NCBI RefSeq assembly: GCF_023502345.1
Contig: NZ_JAMFLX010000021.1
Location: 47,139-71,138, forward strand
Direction: 5' to 3'
DNA: 24,000 nt
DNA from: Parendozoicomonas callyspongiae
GTDB taxonomy: Bacteria > Pseudomonadota > Gammaproteobacteria > Pseudomonadales > Endozoicomonadaceae
Shown here: positions 8,039-16,481 of the stretch, piece after piece
How the letters are laid out: every line of letters begins with the position of its first letter
Position numbering within the stretch: position 1 is the stretch's first letter
The notes under the pieces: generated by a model
The model's database searches: none
Seen by the model: only the letters and a program-made list of their open reading frames with translations
What the model was told of the DNA's origin: nothing
Program-made: the position numbers and the translations under genes

Positions 8039-9439
8039 TTAGGCGGCTTTCTTAATGACTTCCTGAGCTTTGATGTTCGTTTGGGCTTTGCGCTGCTTCA
8101 AATCCCGAATCACGAAATACAGAACCACGATAACCAGGAAAATATTGGATATCGGCATGGATATCCATACACCGGTTGTGCCCAGCCATTTAGGCAAAAT
8201 CAGCAACATAGGTATCTGAATCAGCATGTTGCCGATAGAGATAAGCGTCGCCAGTCTGGCGAGTGCCAAAGCCTGAAAATAGGCTGCACACACCACAATA
8301 AAACCATCAAGAAACATCGTGAACAGATGAAGCCTGAGTCCAAGCACTGTTGATTCCAGCAGAGCTGGATCATTGTTTATGAAAATACTCGCGAGCAGTT
8401 CAGGGAATAGATTCAACAATAATTGGGTTGTTACACCTATACCGATGGCCCAGGATGCAGCCATTACCAGTGCATCCCTGATATTTCGGTTGTTATTTGC
8501 TCCTTTATTAAAGCTCACAATGGGTTGTATGCCATGGCCTACACCTTCTGCGAACATGTAATAGAAAGCCTGCACATATCCAACAATGGCATATGCTGCC
8601 AGTACAGTTACGTTGCCATATTCCAGAAACAGCCGGTTGTGAAGAATCATAACAATGCTGAAGTAGAGGAACATAACGAAGCTTGAAAAGCCGACCGCCA
8701 TGGTTTTCTCTGAAAGCTTGAGGCTGAACCGAAGATCAGAAAGTTTGAGAGGGCTTGTCGCATGTCGACTAAAGAAATAGCTACTTCCAATGATCATGAC
8801 CAGTCCCTGGGCCATGACAGTTGCCAGTGCGGCACCCTGAACCTTTTGATCAAGCATCACAACAAATATCCAGTCCAGGAAGATGTTGACTACTGCACCA
8901 AAGCACATCAGTGCCGTTGCTAATTTCGGCTTCTCATCGTTTCGAACAAGCATAGGCAGAGCCATTCCGGCCAAAGCAGGTAATGCACCAAAACTCAGGG
9001 TGTGCAGATAATCTATACCCATGGACAGAGCTGGCCCGGAGGCTTTCTGAAGCATCAGTAAGTCGCCAGCCAGTACATATAAAACAGCACCAAGAGCAAA
9101 GCTGATTATGGGCAGAAGGACAAAAACATTGCCCATGACTTTACGGGCTTTCTCTGTATCTCCAGCCCCTCTGTTAATGGAGTAAAGTGCTGAAGCTCCG
9201 GTTCCAGCCATAAGACCAAACCCGAAAAGCACCCCAAAAATGGGCCAGGAAAGGTTGATGGCAGCAAGGCCCTCTGCACCGACAGCCTGCCCGATAAAAA
9301 TTCCGTCAATTACCGAATAGAGGCCATTAACAACCATGCCCATGACTGCAGGCAGAGTGTATTTCCAGAACAGTTTTCCTACTGGAAGGTTGGCCATCAT
9401 GTTCTGGCTGTTATCTTGTATGCCAGTTGCTTCACTCAT
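8039..9439 (-). CDS. MATE family multidrug/toxic compound efflux transporter
   Basis: 466 aa with about 12 predicted TM helices. The N-terminal pattern KLFWKYTLPAVMGMVVNGLYSVIDGIFIGQAVGAEGLAAINLSWPI is typical of MATE (NorM/DinF-like) proteins. Confidence 0.88.
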   Translation of the reverse strand: MSEATGIQDNSQNMMANLPVGKLFWKYTLPAVMGMVVNGLYSVIDGIFIGQAVGAEGLAAINLSWPIFGVLFGFGLMAGTGASALYSINRGAGDTEKARKVMGNVFVLLPIISFALGAVLYVLAGDLLMLQKASGPALSMGIDYLHTLSFGALPALAGMALPMLVRNDEKPKLATALMCFGAVVNIFLDWIFVVMLDQKVQGAALATVMAQGLVMIIGSSYFFSRHATSPLKLSDLRFSLKLSEKTMAVGFSSFVMFLYFSIVMILHNRLFLEYGNVTVLAAYAIVGYVQAFYYMFAEGVGHGIQPIVSFNKGANNNRNIRDALVMAASWAIGIGVTTQLLLNLFPELLASIFINNDPALLESTVLGLRLHLFTMFLDGFIVVCAAYFQALALARLATLISIGNMLIQIPMLLILPKWLGTTGVWISMPISNIFLVIVVLYFVIRDLKQRKAQTNIKAQEVIKKAA

Positions 9440-9510
9440 AAACTCAAATTCTATTTTGGTTAGCCTAACTAACTACTTTGAATGTGTACCATATTTTTTC
9501 TTTCCTGTTA

Positions 9511-10257
9511 TTAAACGGTGTAATGAGCAGGCGTTCGCACCAGGCACCAGATATCAAGTGTCTGAACTCCTGTTTTCTTTAAGGTACGACAGAGTTCTTC
9601 AACGGTTGAACCTGTTGTCATAACATCATCAACAATTGCAACATGCTTGACTCCTGGAGCCCTTTTTAGAGAAAAAATATTCTTGGTATTTCGTTTTCTC
9701 TCTGACAAAGCCAGACCTCTTTGGGGAGTTGCTCTCCTTTTTTTAATGCAATTACTCAGTACGGGTATGCCCGTTGTTTTAGAAATGCTTCTGGCAATCA
9801 GGTTCGACTGATTGAACCCCCGCTTTCTTAATCGCCACCAATGTAATGGAACTGGAATAATTGCCTGCGGCCATTCCTTGTCCTGATAGTGATTTTCAAG
9901 TGAATCAGCAAGTCTGCTGACCAAAGGACGAAGGTAGATCAGCCTTCCTCCGTATTTCAGCTGCTTCAACATATTGGAAACAGGTGGCTCGTATGTGAAA
10001 GGGATAATGCAGTCATTAAAAGGACGTTCGTACTTCTGGCATTGGCGACAAAACAGTGAGTTTGCTTCGGGCAAGGGTTCCCTGCATTTCTCACAGCACC
10101 ACCCGAGGACAGGCAGTGATATAAGGCATTTGTTGCATAACACGGTGGTAGGAGAACTTTTGTCTTTACACAGAGGGCATATGGCAAAATCCGTCTGATC
10201 AAAAAATACCCGAAAGTAAACTGCCGGTGTTTTTGTTGGTTGACTGTCTTGTCTCAT
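9511..10257 (-). CDS. comF: ComF family protein (phosphoribosyltransferase-domain, GntX/ComFC-like)
   Basis: 248 aa. N-terminal Cys4-type zinc ribbons (CPLCKD...CNKC...CEKCREP...CRQCQ). C-terminal PRTase motif VAIVDDVMTTGSTVEE. Divergent from bioB, as in Pseudomonas-type genomes. Confidence 0.85.
   Translation of the reverse strand: MRQDSQPTKTPAVYFRVFFDQTDFAICPLCKDKSSPTTVLCNKCLISLPVLGWCCEKCREPLPEANSLFCRQCQKYERPFNDCIIPFTYEPPVSNMLKQLKYGGRLIYLRPLVSRLADSLENHYQDKEWPQAIIPVPLHWWRLRKRGFNQSNLIARSISKTTGIPVLSNCIKKRRATPQRGLALSERKRNTKNIFSLKRAPGVKHVAIVDDVMTTGSTVEELCRTLKKTGVQTLDIWCLVRTPAHYTV
10214..10246. promoter_or_regulatory. Candidate BirA (bio) operator: AAGTAAACT-N15-GGTTGACTG
   Basis: An imperfect inverted repeat (6/9 symmetric positions, core AGT(A/C)AAC) with a 15-nt spacer. 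It resembles the E. coli bioO half-site arrangement TTGTAAACC-N15-GGTTTACAA as I remember it. The right arm contains the predicted -35 of the bioB promoter. It lies inside the first codons of comF. Confidence 0.3.
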
Positions 10258-10267
10258 CGGGTATTAT
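10240..10267 (+). promoter_or_regulatory. Candidate sigma70 promoter of the bioBFHCD operon
   Basis: TTGACT (10240-10245), a 16-nt spacer, then TATTAT (10262-10267), about 75 nt upstream of the bioB ATG. It overlaps the comF start codon (10257) on the opposite strand. Confidence 0.5.
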
Positions 10268-10343
10268 CGCAGCAAGTTACATGGAAAACCTTCCCTGAAA
10301 TAACCGGTCAGAAGCCGGAGCAACACGAAGCCTGATACCCATT

Positions 10344-11396
10344 ATGCAGAACACAACTACTCGTCACGACTGGACTGTCGCGGAAGTCGAAGAGCTATTT
10401 GCTCTGCCATTCAACGATCTGTTATTTCAGGCCCAGACGATCCATCGTCAGCACTTTGATCCAAACGAAGTGCAGGTTAGCACACTTCTGTCTATCAAGA
10501 CTGGAGCCTGCCCTGAAGATTGCAAGTACTGCCCGCAGAGTGGTCGATACAACACCGGTCTGGAAAAAGAAAAGCTGATGGAGGTTCAGCGGGTTCTGGA
10601 AAAAGCCAAGCAGGCCCGTGCAACTGGCGCGACCCGTTTCTGCATGGGTGCAGCGTGGAAGAATCCACCAAAGAAAGATTTCCCATACGTCCTCGAAATG
10701 GTGAAGGGCGTAAAAAAACTGGGTCTGGAAACCTGCATGACTCTGGGCAAGCTTTCCAGAGAACAGACTCAGCAGTTAAAAGAAGCCGGGCTGGATTACT
10801 ACAACCACAACCTGGATACCTCACCAGAGTTCTATAAAAACATTATTACCACCCGTACTTATTCAGATCGTCTGGAAACGCTGTCTTTTGTTCGTGACTC
10901 CGGAATGAAAATCTGCAGCGGTGGTATTGTCGGAATGGGTGAAAACTCCAGTGATCGCGCTGGTCTGCTGGTTAATCTGGCTAACCTTCCACAGCACCCG
11001 GAAAGTGTGCCCATCAATATGCTGGTAAAAGTGGATGGAACACCTCTGGATAATGTTGAAGATCTGGAACCATTTGATTTTATCCGCTGCATCGCCGTTG
11101 CCCGCATCATGATGCCTAAGTCCCATGTCCGCCTGTCCGCTGGCCGTACAGATATGAACGAGCAGATGCAGGCTCTGGCCTTTATGGCGGGTGCCAACTC
11201 CATTTTCTACGGTGAATGTCTGCTGACGACACCGAATCCTGAAGCTCACAAAGACAAACTGCTGTTCAAAAAGCTGGGTATCAATCCTGAGCGACGTGTG
11301 GTTGAGCATGATGATGAAGAGCAGGAAATTGAACTGCTTGATCAGGTTCAGAAAAAACAGGATGAGGCCCTGTTTGTAGACGCTGCAGCTGTGTGA
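10344..11396 (+). CDS. bioB: Biotin synthase BioB (radical SAM)
   Basis: 350 aa. Radical-SAM cluster motif [11 protein letters not shown], then [31 protein letters not shown] and LSAGR, all classic BioB blocks. Confidence 0.97.
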   Translation: MQNTTTRHDWTVAEVEELFALPFNDLLFQAQTIHRQHFDPNEVQVSTLLSIKTGACPEDCKYCPQSGRYNTGLEKEKLMEVQRVLEKAKQARATGATRFCMGAAWKNPPKKDFPYVLEMVKGVKKLGLETCMTLGKLSREQTQQLKEAGLDYYNHNLDTSPEFYKNIITTRTYSDRLETLSFVRDSGMKICSGGIVGMGENSSDRAGLLVNLANLPQHPESVPINMLVKVDGTPLDNVEDLEPFDFIRCIAVARIMMPKSHVRLSAGRTDMNEQMQALAFMAGANSIFYGECLLTTPNPEAHKDKLLFKKLGINPERRVVEHDDEEQEIELLDQVQKKQDEALFVDAAAV

Positions 11397-11407
11397 GATG
11401 TGCCGGT

Positions 11408-12610
11408 ATGAGCGCATTTAATCTGGACGCAGCTCTGGCGAAACGCAGGGACGACAATCTGTACCGCGAACGAAAGCTTCTGGGCAGTGCCCAGGGGCCG
11501 GAAGTGATTGTTGATGGCAGAAAAACTCTGGCTTTCTGCAGCAATGACTACCTGGGGCTAGCCAATCATCCCGAGGTGATTGCAAGCTTCCGCAAGGCTA
11601 CTGACCAATATGGTGTTGGTGGTGGAGCGTCACATCTTGTGATCGGTCATAGTGAAGCCCATCACAAACTGGAAGAAGAGCTGGCTGAGTTTACCGGTCG
11701 ACCACGGGTAATTCTGTTTTCCACTGGTTACATGGCCAACATCGGCGTGATAAGTGCGTTGTTGGGAAAGCGTGATGCCGTTTTCCAGGATCGACTCAAT
11801 CATGCGTCATTGATTGATGCCGGGCAGCTATCCGGTGCCCGGTTCCAGCGTTACCTTCATAACGATCCTGCAAGTCTTGAGTTAAAACTTCAGCGCAGTG
11901 AAACCGAGCGCAAACTGGTTGTGACAGACGGTGTGTTCAGCATGGATGGTGATATCGCTCCTGTCCGTGAACTCTCAACTGTTGCACGCAAGCACGATGC
12001 CTGGCTGATGGTTGATGATGCTCATGGCTTTGGCTCAGTCGGTATTGGCGGTCGTGGAGTGGCTGATCTCCATGATATGAGTACTGAAGATCTGCCTGTT
12101 TTGGTGGGAACTCTTGGTAAAGCCTTTGGAACAGCTGGAGCCTTTGTCGCGGGCAGCGAGGCATTGATTGAGACTCTTGTGCAGTTTGCCCGCACCTATA
12201 TCTACACCACCTCCATGCCTCCAGCTGTTGCAGAAGCAACACGAACCAGTCTTCGCCTCTTAAGAGATGAAGAGTGGCGGCGTGAGCATCTGAAAGATTT
12301 GATTGATCAGTTTCGTTCCGGCTGTGAACAGCTCGGGCTGGAACTGATGGAATCCAACACACCGATTCAACCAATTCTTGTGGGAACTGCCGAAAACGCA
12401 CTGGCTATGAGTGCAGCTCTGGCAGAGGAAGGCATACTGGTTACAGCCATCCGACCGCCTACTGTGCCGAATGGTATGTCGCGGCTGCGGGTGACATTCA
12501 GTGCTTCTCATACGACAGAGCACGTTAACCGCTTGCTGTCAGCGCTGGAAAAAGTCAGCAAGAACATAAATGGAATACAGGCCAGGGAGAAGATGAAATG
12601 GCAGCAGTAG
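11408..12610 (+). CDS. bioF: 8-amino-7-oxononanoate synthase BioF (PLP-dependent)
   Basis: The track ORF starts at GTG 11393, overlapping the bioB stop. The first ATG (11408, MSAFNLD...) is the more likely start. Motifs: FCSNDYLGL, GSGGSRLVxG-like [19 protein letters not shown], and the PLP lysine in GTLGKAFG. Confidence 0.94.
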   Translation: MSAFNLDAALAKRRDDNLYRERKLLGSAQGPEVIVDGRKTLAFCSNDYLGLANHPEVIASFRKATDQYGVGGGASHLVIGHSEAHHKLEEELAEFTGRPRVILFSTGYMANIGVISALLGKRDAVFQDRLNHASLIDAGQLSGARFQRYLHNDPASLELKLQRSETERKLVVTDGVFSMDGDIAPVRELSTVARKHDAWLMVDDAHGFGSVGIGGRGVADLHDMSTEDLPVLVGTLGKAFGTAGAFVAGSEALIETLVQFARTYIYTTSMPPAVAEATRTSLRLLRDEEWRREHLKDLIDQFRSGCEQLGLELMESNTPIQPILVGTAENALAMSAALAEEGILVTAIRPPTVPNGMSRLRVTFSASHTTEHVNRLLSALEKVSKNINGIQAREKMKWQQ

Positions 12611-13314
12611 TTATTGTTTCTGGCTGGGCCATGTCTGCGGAGATTCTTTCTCCTTTGGCTGAGGCTTTGGAAAGTTCAGGCCATCACGTTACTTCATTGT
12701 CGCTGGCAGAGGCTCAAGGCGAAACCTGGGATGATTTATACGCCTTGCTGGATACTGCAATTAATGGTCAGAAGACTGTTTTAGTTGGCTGGTCTCTGGG
12801 AGGTAACCTTTGTGCCCGTTACGCGGCCAGAAACCCTGAAAAGGTAGCTGCGTTAGTCACGATGGGAAGTACACCCTCATATGTTACTGCCGATGGCTGG
12901 ACAGGTGGCAAACACCCTGATGCTTACAAAGAGTTTGCGGACGGTGTGGCTGCTGATATTCAAACTGCCATGAAAGGTTTTGCCCCGGTCTGTGCCCGTG
13001 GCAGTAATGATATGAAAGGCGCAATCCGCGCCTTCAGGGCATCGGCAAAATGGGCTTTGGGTACCGATACCGACTGGCGAGAGTTACTGGATCGTCTGGC
13101 TGAAGATGCACGGCCATTGTGGTCTCAGGTTAGCTGCCCTGCCCTGCACTTTTTGGCTGACAGTGACCCTCTGGCAAAGTCAGATATTGCCACAGACCTG
13201 CAGGCCCTAGTTCCACAGCATAAAGTGACTGTGCTGTCTGGCAGCCATGGAATTTTCCTGGATCACACAGAAGAAGTCGTTCAAGCGGTCAACTCATTTA
13301 GCAGGGAGGCTTGA
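12598..13314 (+). CDS. bioH: Pimeloyl-[ACP] methyl ester carboxylesterase BioH (alpha/beta hydrolase)
   Basis: 238 aa. Nucleophile elbow GWSLGG, then ALVTMGSTP, a candidate acid in LADSDPL and His in SGSHGIF. Collinear with E. coli BioH blocks. The ATG at 12598 overlaps the bioF end by 13 nt, with GGGAGA upstream. Confidence 0.85.
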   Translation: MAAVVIVSGWAMSAEILSPLAEALESSGHHVTSLSLAEAQGETWDDLYALLDTAINGQKTVLVGWSLGGNLCARYAARNPEKVAALVTMGSTPSYVTADGWTGGKHPDAYKEFADGVAADIQTAMKGFAPVCARGSNDMKGAIRAFRASAKWALGTDTDWRELLDRLAEDARPLWSQVSCPALHFLADSDPLAKSDIATDLQALVPQHKVTVLSGSHGIFLDHTEEVVQAVNSFSREA

Positions 13315-13316
13315 AG

Positions 13317-14159
13317 ATGACATATATGCCCACGCTGACCGGCGAGGTAATAACTCCACGAGTCGATAAACGGCAGGTTGCTGAGTCTTTCAGCAAAGCC
13401 GCAGGAACCTATGATTCTGCTGCAACACTACAGCAGATTGTTGCTGCCAGAGTTCGTCTAGGACTCCCTGATCTTGATGAGGGTGCTTCCATCCTAGATA
13501 TGGGGTGTGGCACAGGTTTTGAAACCCGGGCGCTGGTTCAGCGTTTTCCAACTGCTGATGTGGCTGGTCTGGATATCTCCGAAGGAATGCTGGCTTATGC
13601 CCAGAATCAGCCGGATTTGAAAAACTGTCAGTGGCTGTCCGGTGATATAGAAGAACTTCCTTTCCATGAAAACAGGTTTGACCTGGTATTTTCCAGTCTG
13701 GCTGTACAGTGGTGCGACTGTTTCTCAGAGGTTCTGGAGCAGGTTAAGCGTGTCCTCAAACCTGGCGGACGCTTTGTGTTTTCTACTCTGGCTGCCGGTA
13801 GTTTGCATGAATTGCAACAAGCTTGGCTGAGTGTAGACAGTAGCCCTCATGTTAATCAGTACGAGAGTCATACTCTTCAGAAGCAGCGCGTCAATGCTTC
13901 CGGTTTAAAAGTGGATACCTTCTGCCAGCAAACCGAAACCCTGTACTACCCTTCTGTCCTGCATCTGCTTAGAGAAATGAAAGCACTGGGTGCAAATACT
14001 GTGATTAACAGCCAGGGCAAAGGGCTTTCTGGTCGAAGTGTTCTTAAAACTTTGACCAAAGGTTACGAGTCCTACAAAACCGAGAAAGGATTCCCGGCCA
14101 GTTATCAGGTTGTTTACGGAGTTCTTTGCAAGCCGGATCAAATCAGTCAATCAGAGTAG
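13317..14159 (+). CDS. bioC: Malonyl-[ACP] O-methyltransferase BioC
   Basis: SAM-binding motif ILDMGCGTGFET, then DLVFSSLAVQW and LKPGGRFVFST. The track start at TTG 13311 overlaps the bioH stop. ATG 13317 (MTYMPT...) sits 8 nt after AGGGAGG and is preferred. Confidence 0.9.
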   Translation: MTYMPTLTGEVITPRVDKRQVAESFSKAAGTYDSAATLQQIVAARVRLGLPDLDEGASILDMGCGTGFETRALVQRFPTADVAGLDISEGMLAYAQNQPDLKNCQWLSGDIEELPFHENRFDLVFSSLAVQWCDCFSEVLEQVKRVLKPGGRFVFSTLAAGSLHELQQAWLSVDSSPHVNQYESHTLQKQRVNASGLKVDTFCQQTETLYYPSVLHLLREMKALGANTVINSQGKGLSGRSVLKTLTKGYESYKTEKGFPASYQVVYGVLCKPDQISQSE

Positions 14160-14166
14160 TTTGATA

Positions 14167-14844
14167 ATGAGAAGAACAGTTTTTGTCACCGGCACGGATA
14201 CCGATGCTGGCAAAACAGTTGTGTCCTGCGGCCTTTTGGCCAGAGCTCAGCTGGATGGTTTGACGACTGCAGCCGTAAAGCCCATTGCTTCAGGATGTGA
14301 GCAAACAGAAGAAGGTTTGCGGAACAATGATGCTCTGGCACTGCAATCTGCCTGCACAATGGATCTGCCTTATGAGCAGGTTAACCCCATTGCTCTTGAG
14401 CCTGCTATTGCGCCGCATATAGGTCTGCAGGAAACAAACCGGAAAATCACAGCGGATCAGCTGGCCGGCTACTGCCGCGGAGTTATGATGCGTGGTGCAG
14501 ATTTGACTCTGATTGAAGGTGCTGGCGGATGGCGTGTTCCACTGTCTCCCCGGGAGATGTATTCCAGTGTTCCTAAACTGCTGAATGCGCCTGTAGTTCT
14601 GGTTGTGGGGATGAGGCTTGGCTGTATCAACCATGCTGTAATGACGCTTGAAGCCATTATCAAGGATGGTTTAAAGCCTGTTGGCTGGGTGGCGAATCGT
14701 GCCGAACCGGAAATGAGCCGCTTTCAGGAAAACATGACTACCCTGAAAGGTCTGTTGCCAGTACCCTGCCTCGGTGAGGTTCCCCATTTGGAAAATCCGA
14801 CACCGAAATGTGTTGCAGAGTACCTGACGTTACCCCAGTTTTAA
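14167..14844 (+). CDS. bioD: Dethiobiotin synthetase BioD
   Basis: From ATG 14167: MRRTVFVTGTDTDAGKTVVS (P-loop, collinear with E. coli MSKRYFVTGTDTEVGKTV), and later EGAGGW. The upstream 19 codons of the track ORF overlap the bioC end and are probably not translated. Confidence 0.93.
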   Translation: MRRTVFVTGTDTDAGKTVVSCGLLARAQLDGLTTAAVKPIASGCEQTEEGLRNNDALALQSACTMDLPYEQVNPIALEPAIAPHIGLQETNRKITADQLAGYCRGVMMRGADLTLIEGAGGWRVPLSPREMYSSVPKLLNAPVVLVVGMRLGCINHAVMTLEAIIKDGLKPVGWVANRAEPEMSRFQENMTTLKGLLPVPCLGEVPHLENPTPKCVAEYLTLPQF

Positions 14845-14868
14845 TTCGCTCTTTTCGTAGGTGCCGTT

Positions 14869-15267
14869 ATGAAACTGCCCAGAATATTGATTGCCTGCCT
14901 GGTTATTCTTCTAGCTGGTTGCTCCGTACTGCAGAAACCCGTTGATACCAGAGTGACTGCGACTCTAACTGGTGGTCAGAAGATTCTTGACCAAATAGAG
15001 ATGCTTGAAGATGAGGGGGTTCTGGACACGGTTGTGGTAGCGGAATCCTTTCCTCTTGAGATAATAGTGACAGGTTCCAAAAAAGCAGTTGGCTGTTTAA
15101 GCAAGGGAGGAACGTGGCTGAACAGACATCAGGAGTGTGAGCACATCAGTGCGTTAAACTGCGCCGAACTGGGTGGAAAATATAATGAATGTGCTTCTGT
15201 TTGCCGTCATCAGGGTTCAGATGTCTTCTGTATTCAGATGTGTGTGCCTACCTGCACTATTAAATAG
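14869..15267 (+). CDS. Small lipoprotein with an 8-cysteine C-terminal domain, unknown function
   Basis: 132 aa. Lipobox ILLAG|C at residues 14-18 and GGTG 5 nt upstream of the ATG. The mature C-terminal 57 aa contain 8 Cys (GCLSKGG..QEC..LNC..NEC..SVC..FC..MC..TC). It starts 24 nt after bioD with no intervening hairpin, and a strong terminator follows it. Confidence 0.7.
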   Translation: MKLPRILIACLVILLAGCSVLQKPVDTRVTATLTGGQKILDQIEMLEDEGVLDTVVVAESFPLEIIVTGSKKAVGCLSKGGTWLNRHQECEHISALNCAELGGKYNECASVCRHQGSDVFCIQMCVPTCTIK

Positions 15268-15279
15268 GCCCTTGAATAT

Positions 15280-15317
15280 AAAACGACCATGGCCGTAAGA
15301 AAGTCTATGGTCGTTTT
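15280..15317. terminator. Bidirectional intrinsic terminator between the lipoprotein gene and the PhzF-family gene
   Basis: aaaacgaccat (15280-15290) pairs perfectly with atggtcgtttt (15307-15317), giving an 11-bp stem and a 16-nt loop. A-run and T-run flanks allow it to act on both strands. Confidence 0.65.
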
Positions 15318-15335
15318 ATGAAGTGGCGTTCAATG

Positions 15336-16190
15336 TCAGTAGGTTCTGGTATGCACTACAGAGTCTGAGTAGAGATTCTCTGCAGCAAAATAATCACCGG
15401 GAACTCGTAACTCTCCATCCATATACAGTTTGGCTTCTCCGCGTATAAGTACCCGGTCATGTTTTAACTGGCACTCAATTTCCCCACCCCGGTGTGAAGC
15501 GCTTTTGGCAATAAGCAGATTTTTGTCCAGCTTTTCAGACCAGTAGGCTGTCAGCAGTGAGTGAGCTGACGCATTGAGCGGATCTTCAATAATTCCGGTG
15601 CCAGGCCCACCAAAGCAGCGGGAAACGAAATCAGTTCCTGGGGTGTCAGATGCGGCTGTAACAACCATTCCGCGTGTATGACAGGCCGGATTATCAAGAA
15701 GAACAAGGTTCATACCTGACACAATAGATTCTTCTGGTGCCACGACCAGCCAGTCATCCTGACCGAGCATTGCCGCAACAGGCGTAAAGCCCAGTTCCTG
15801 CTTCAGCTCTTCCGGCATTTTTGATTCGAATGGATAATCGATGGGAAGAGACAGTTCGACTCTTTTATCCAGGAAGTTTGCGGTTAATTCTCCCCGCAGA
15901 CTTTTGAAAGTGAGAGTTTTTGACATATCACCCAGCTCATCCCGAATGACCTTGGCTGCAGCCAAGGTTGCGTGGGCCGAGAGGTTACTTTCGCACACCG
16001 GCGTGAACCAGCGAATGTGATACGACGAGTGTCCACCGACGATAAAAGCGGTTTCAGAGTTGTTTTCGGCAGCAATGCCCTGCAACACATCTTCCGGAAG
16101 CCACTCCGGGAGAGGGCAGACCATGGCCGGGTTACCGGAAAACACAGTATCAGTGAAGGTGTCCAGGCGGAATATTTTGATTCGAATCAT
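15336..16190 (-). CDS. PhzF family isomerase (phenazine biosynthesis-like protein, DAP-epimerase fold)
   Basis: 284 aa. The N-terminus IFRLDTFTDTVFSGNPAMVCPL...ENNSETAFI and later IRWFTP..E..LSAHATLAAA are characteristic PhzF/YddE family blocks. No other phz genes are nearby, so it is not a phenazine cluster. Confidence 0.88.
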   Translation of the reverse strand: MIRIKIFRLDTFTDTVFSGNPAMVCPLPEWLPEDVLQGIAAENNSETAFIVGGHSSYHIRWFTPVCESNLSAHATLAAAKVIRDELGDMSKTLTFKSLRGELTANFLDKRVELSLPIDYPFESKMPEELKQELGFTPVAAMLGQDDWLVVAPEESIVSGMNLVLLDNPACHTRGMVVTAASDTPGTDFVSRCFGGPGTGIIEDPLNASAHSLLTAYWSEKLDKNLLIAKSASHRGGEIECQLKHDRVLIRGEAKLYMDGELRVPGDYFAAENLYSDSVVHTRTY

Positions 16191-16375
16191 AAATGCCCTT
16201 TCATGAAAAGTACTTTCTCACTCTCTGAACAGGACAGAGCTGAACGTTACCCATATATGGCAGTTCAGCTGTCTGTATAACAAGAATCTTCATTTGCCTT
16301 GTAAAACTTAAACCAGGCAGGGGCAACTAGAGGAAAAAGGCCGGTATATGACTGCCTGAGCAGTAATGTCAGCTC

Positions 16376-16404
16376 TTGACAGGTTAGGTACCTATACGTA
16401 TGTT
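16376..16404 (+). promoter_or_regulatory. Candidate sigma70 promoter of acyl-CoA dehydrogenase 1
   Basis: TTGACA (16376-16381), a 17-nt spacer, then TATGTT (16399-16404), about 78 nt upstream of the ATG at 16482. Confidence 0.5.
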
Positions 16405-16405
16405 T

Positions 16406-16419
16406 CAAACATCTGTTTA
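16406..16419. promoter_or_regulatory. PsrA-type (TetR family, fatty-acid responsive) operator candidate CAAACatctGTTTA
   Basis: The inverted repeat AAACA-TC-TGTTT sits immediately downstream of the predicted -10. It fits the published PsrA palindrome (C/G)AAAC-N2-4-GTTT(G/C) except for the last base. A near-identical element precedes the paralog at 21277-21292. Confidence 0.4.
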
Positions 16420-16481
16420 AAAGCCGTGTTTGAACGGCTACGTCGACCAAATCACAATCATAACTACCGAGGTCACAAAAC

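Noticed and set aside
10863-11417. 184-aa minus-strand ORF antisense to bioB (plus 10495..10824 and 10859..11203)
   Set aside because: These are embedded in bioB, whose frame carries the radical-SAM motifs. They have no recognisable motifs and an unusual composition.
11937-12401. 154-aa minus-strand ORF antisense to bioF
   Set aside because: It lies inside the well-supported PLP-enzyme frame. The product is His/Gln/Arg-rich nonsense with no SD.
16251-16260. CCATATATGG read as a eukaryote-style CC(A/T)6GG box or as a -10 element for the PhzF-family gene
   Set aside because: The eukaryotic motif has no bacterial meaning. I could not find a -35 at acceptable spacing on either strand.
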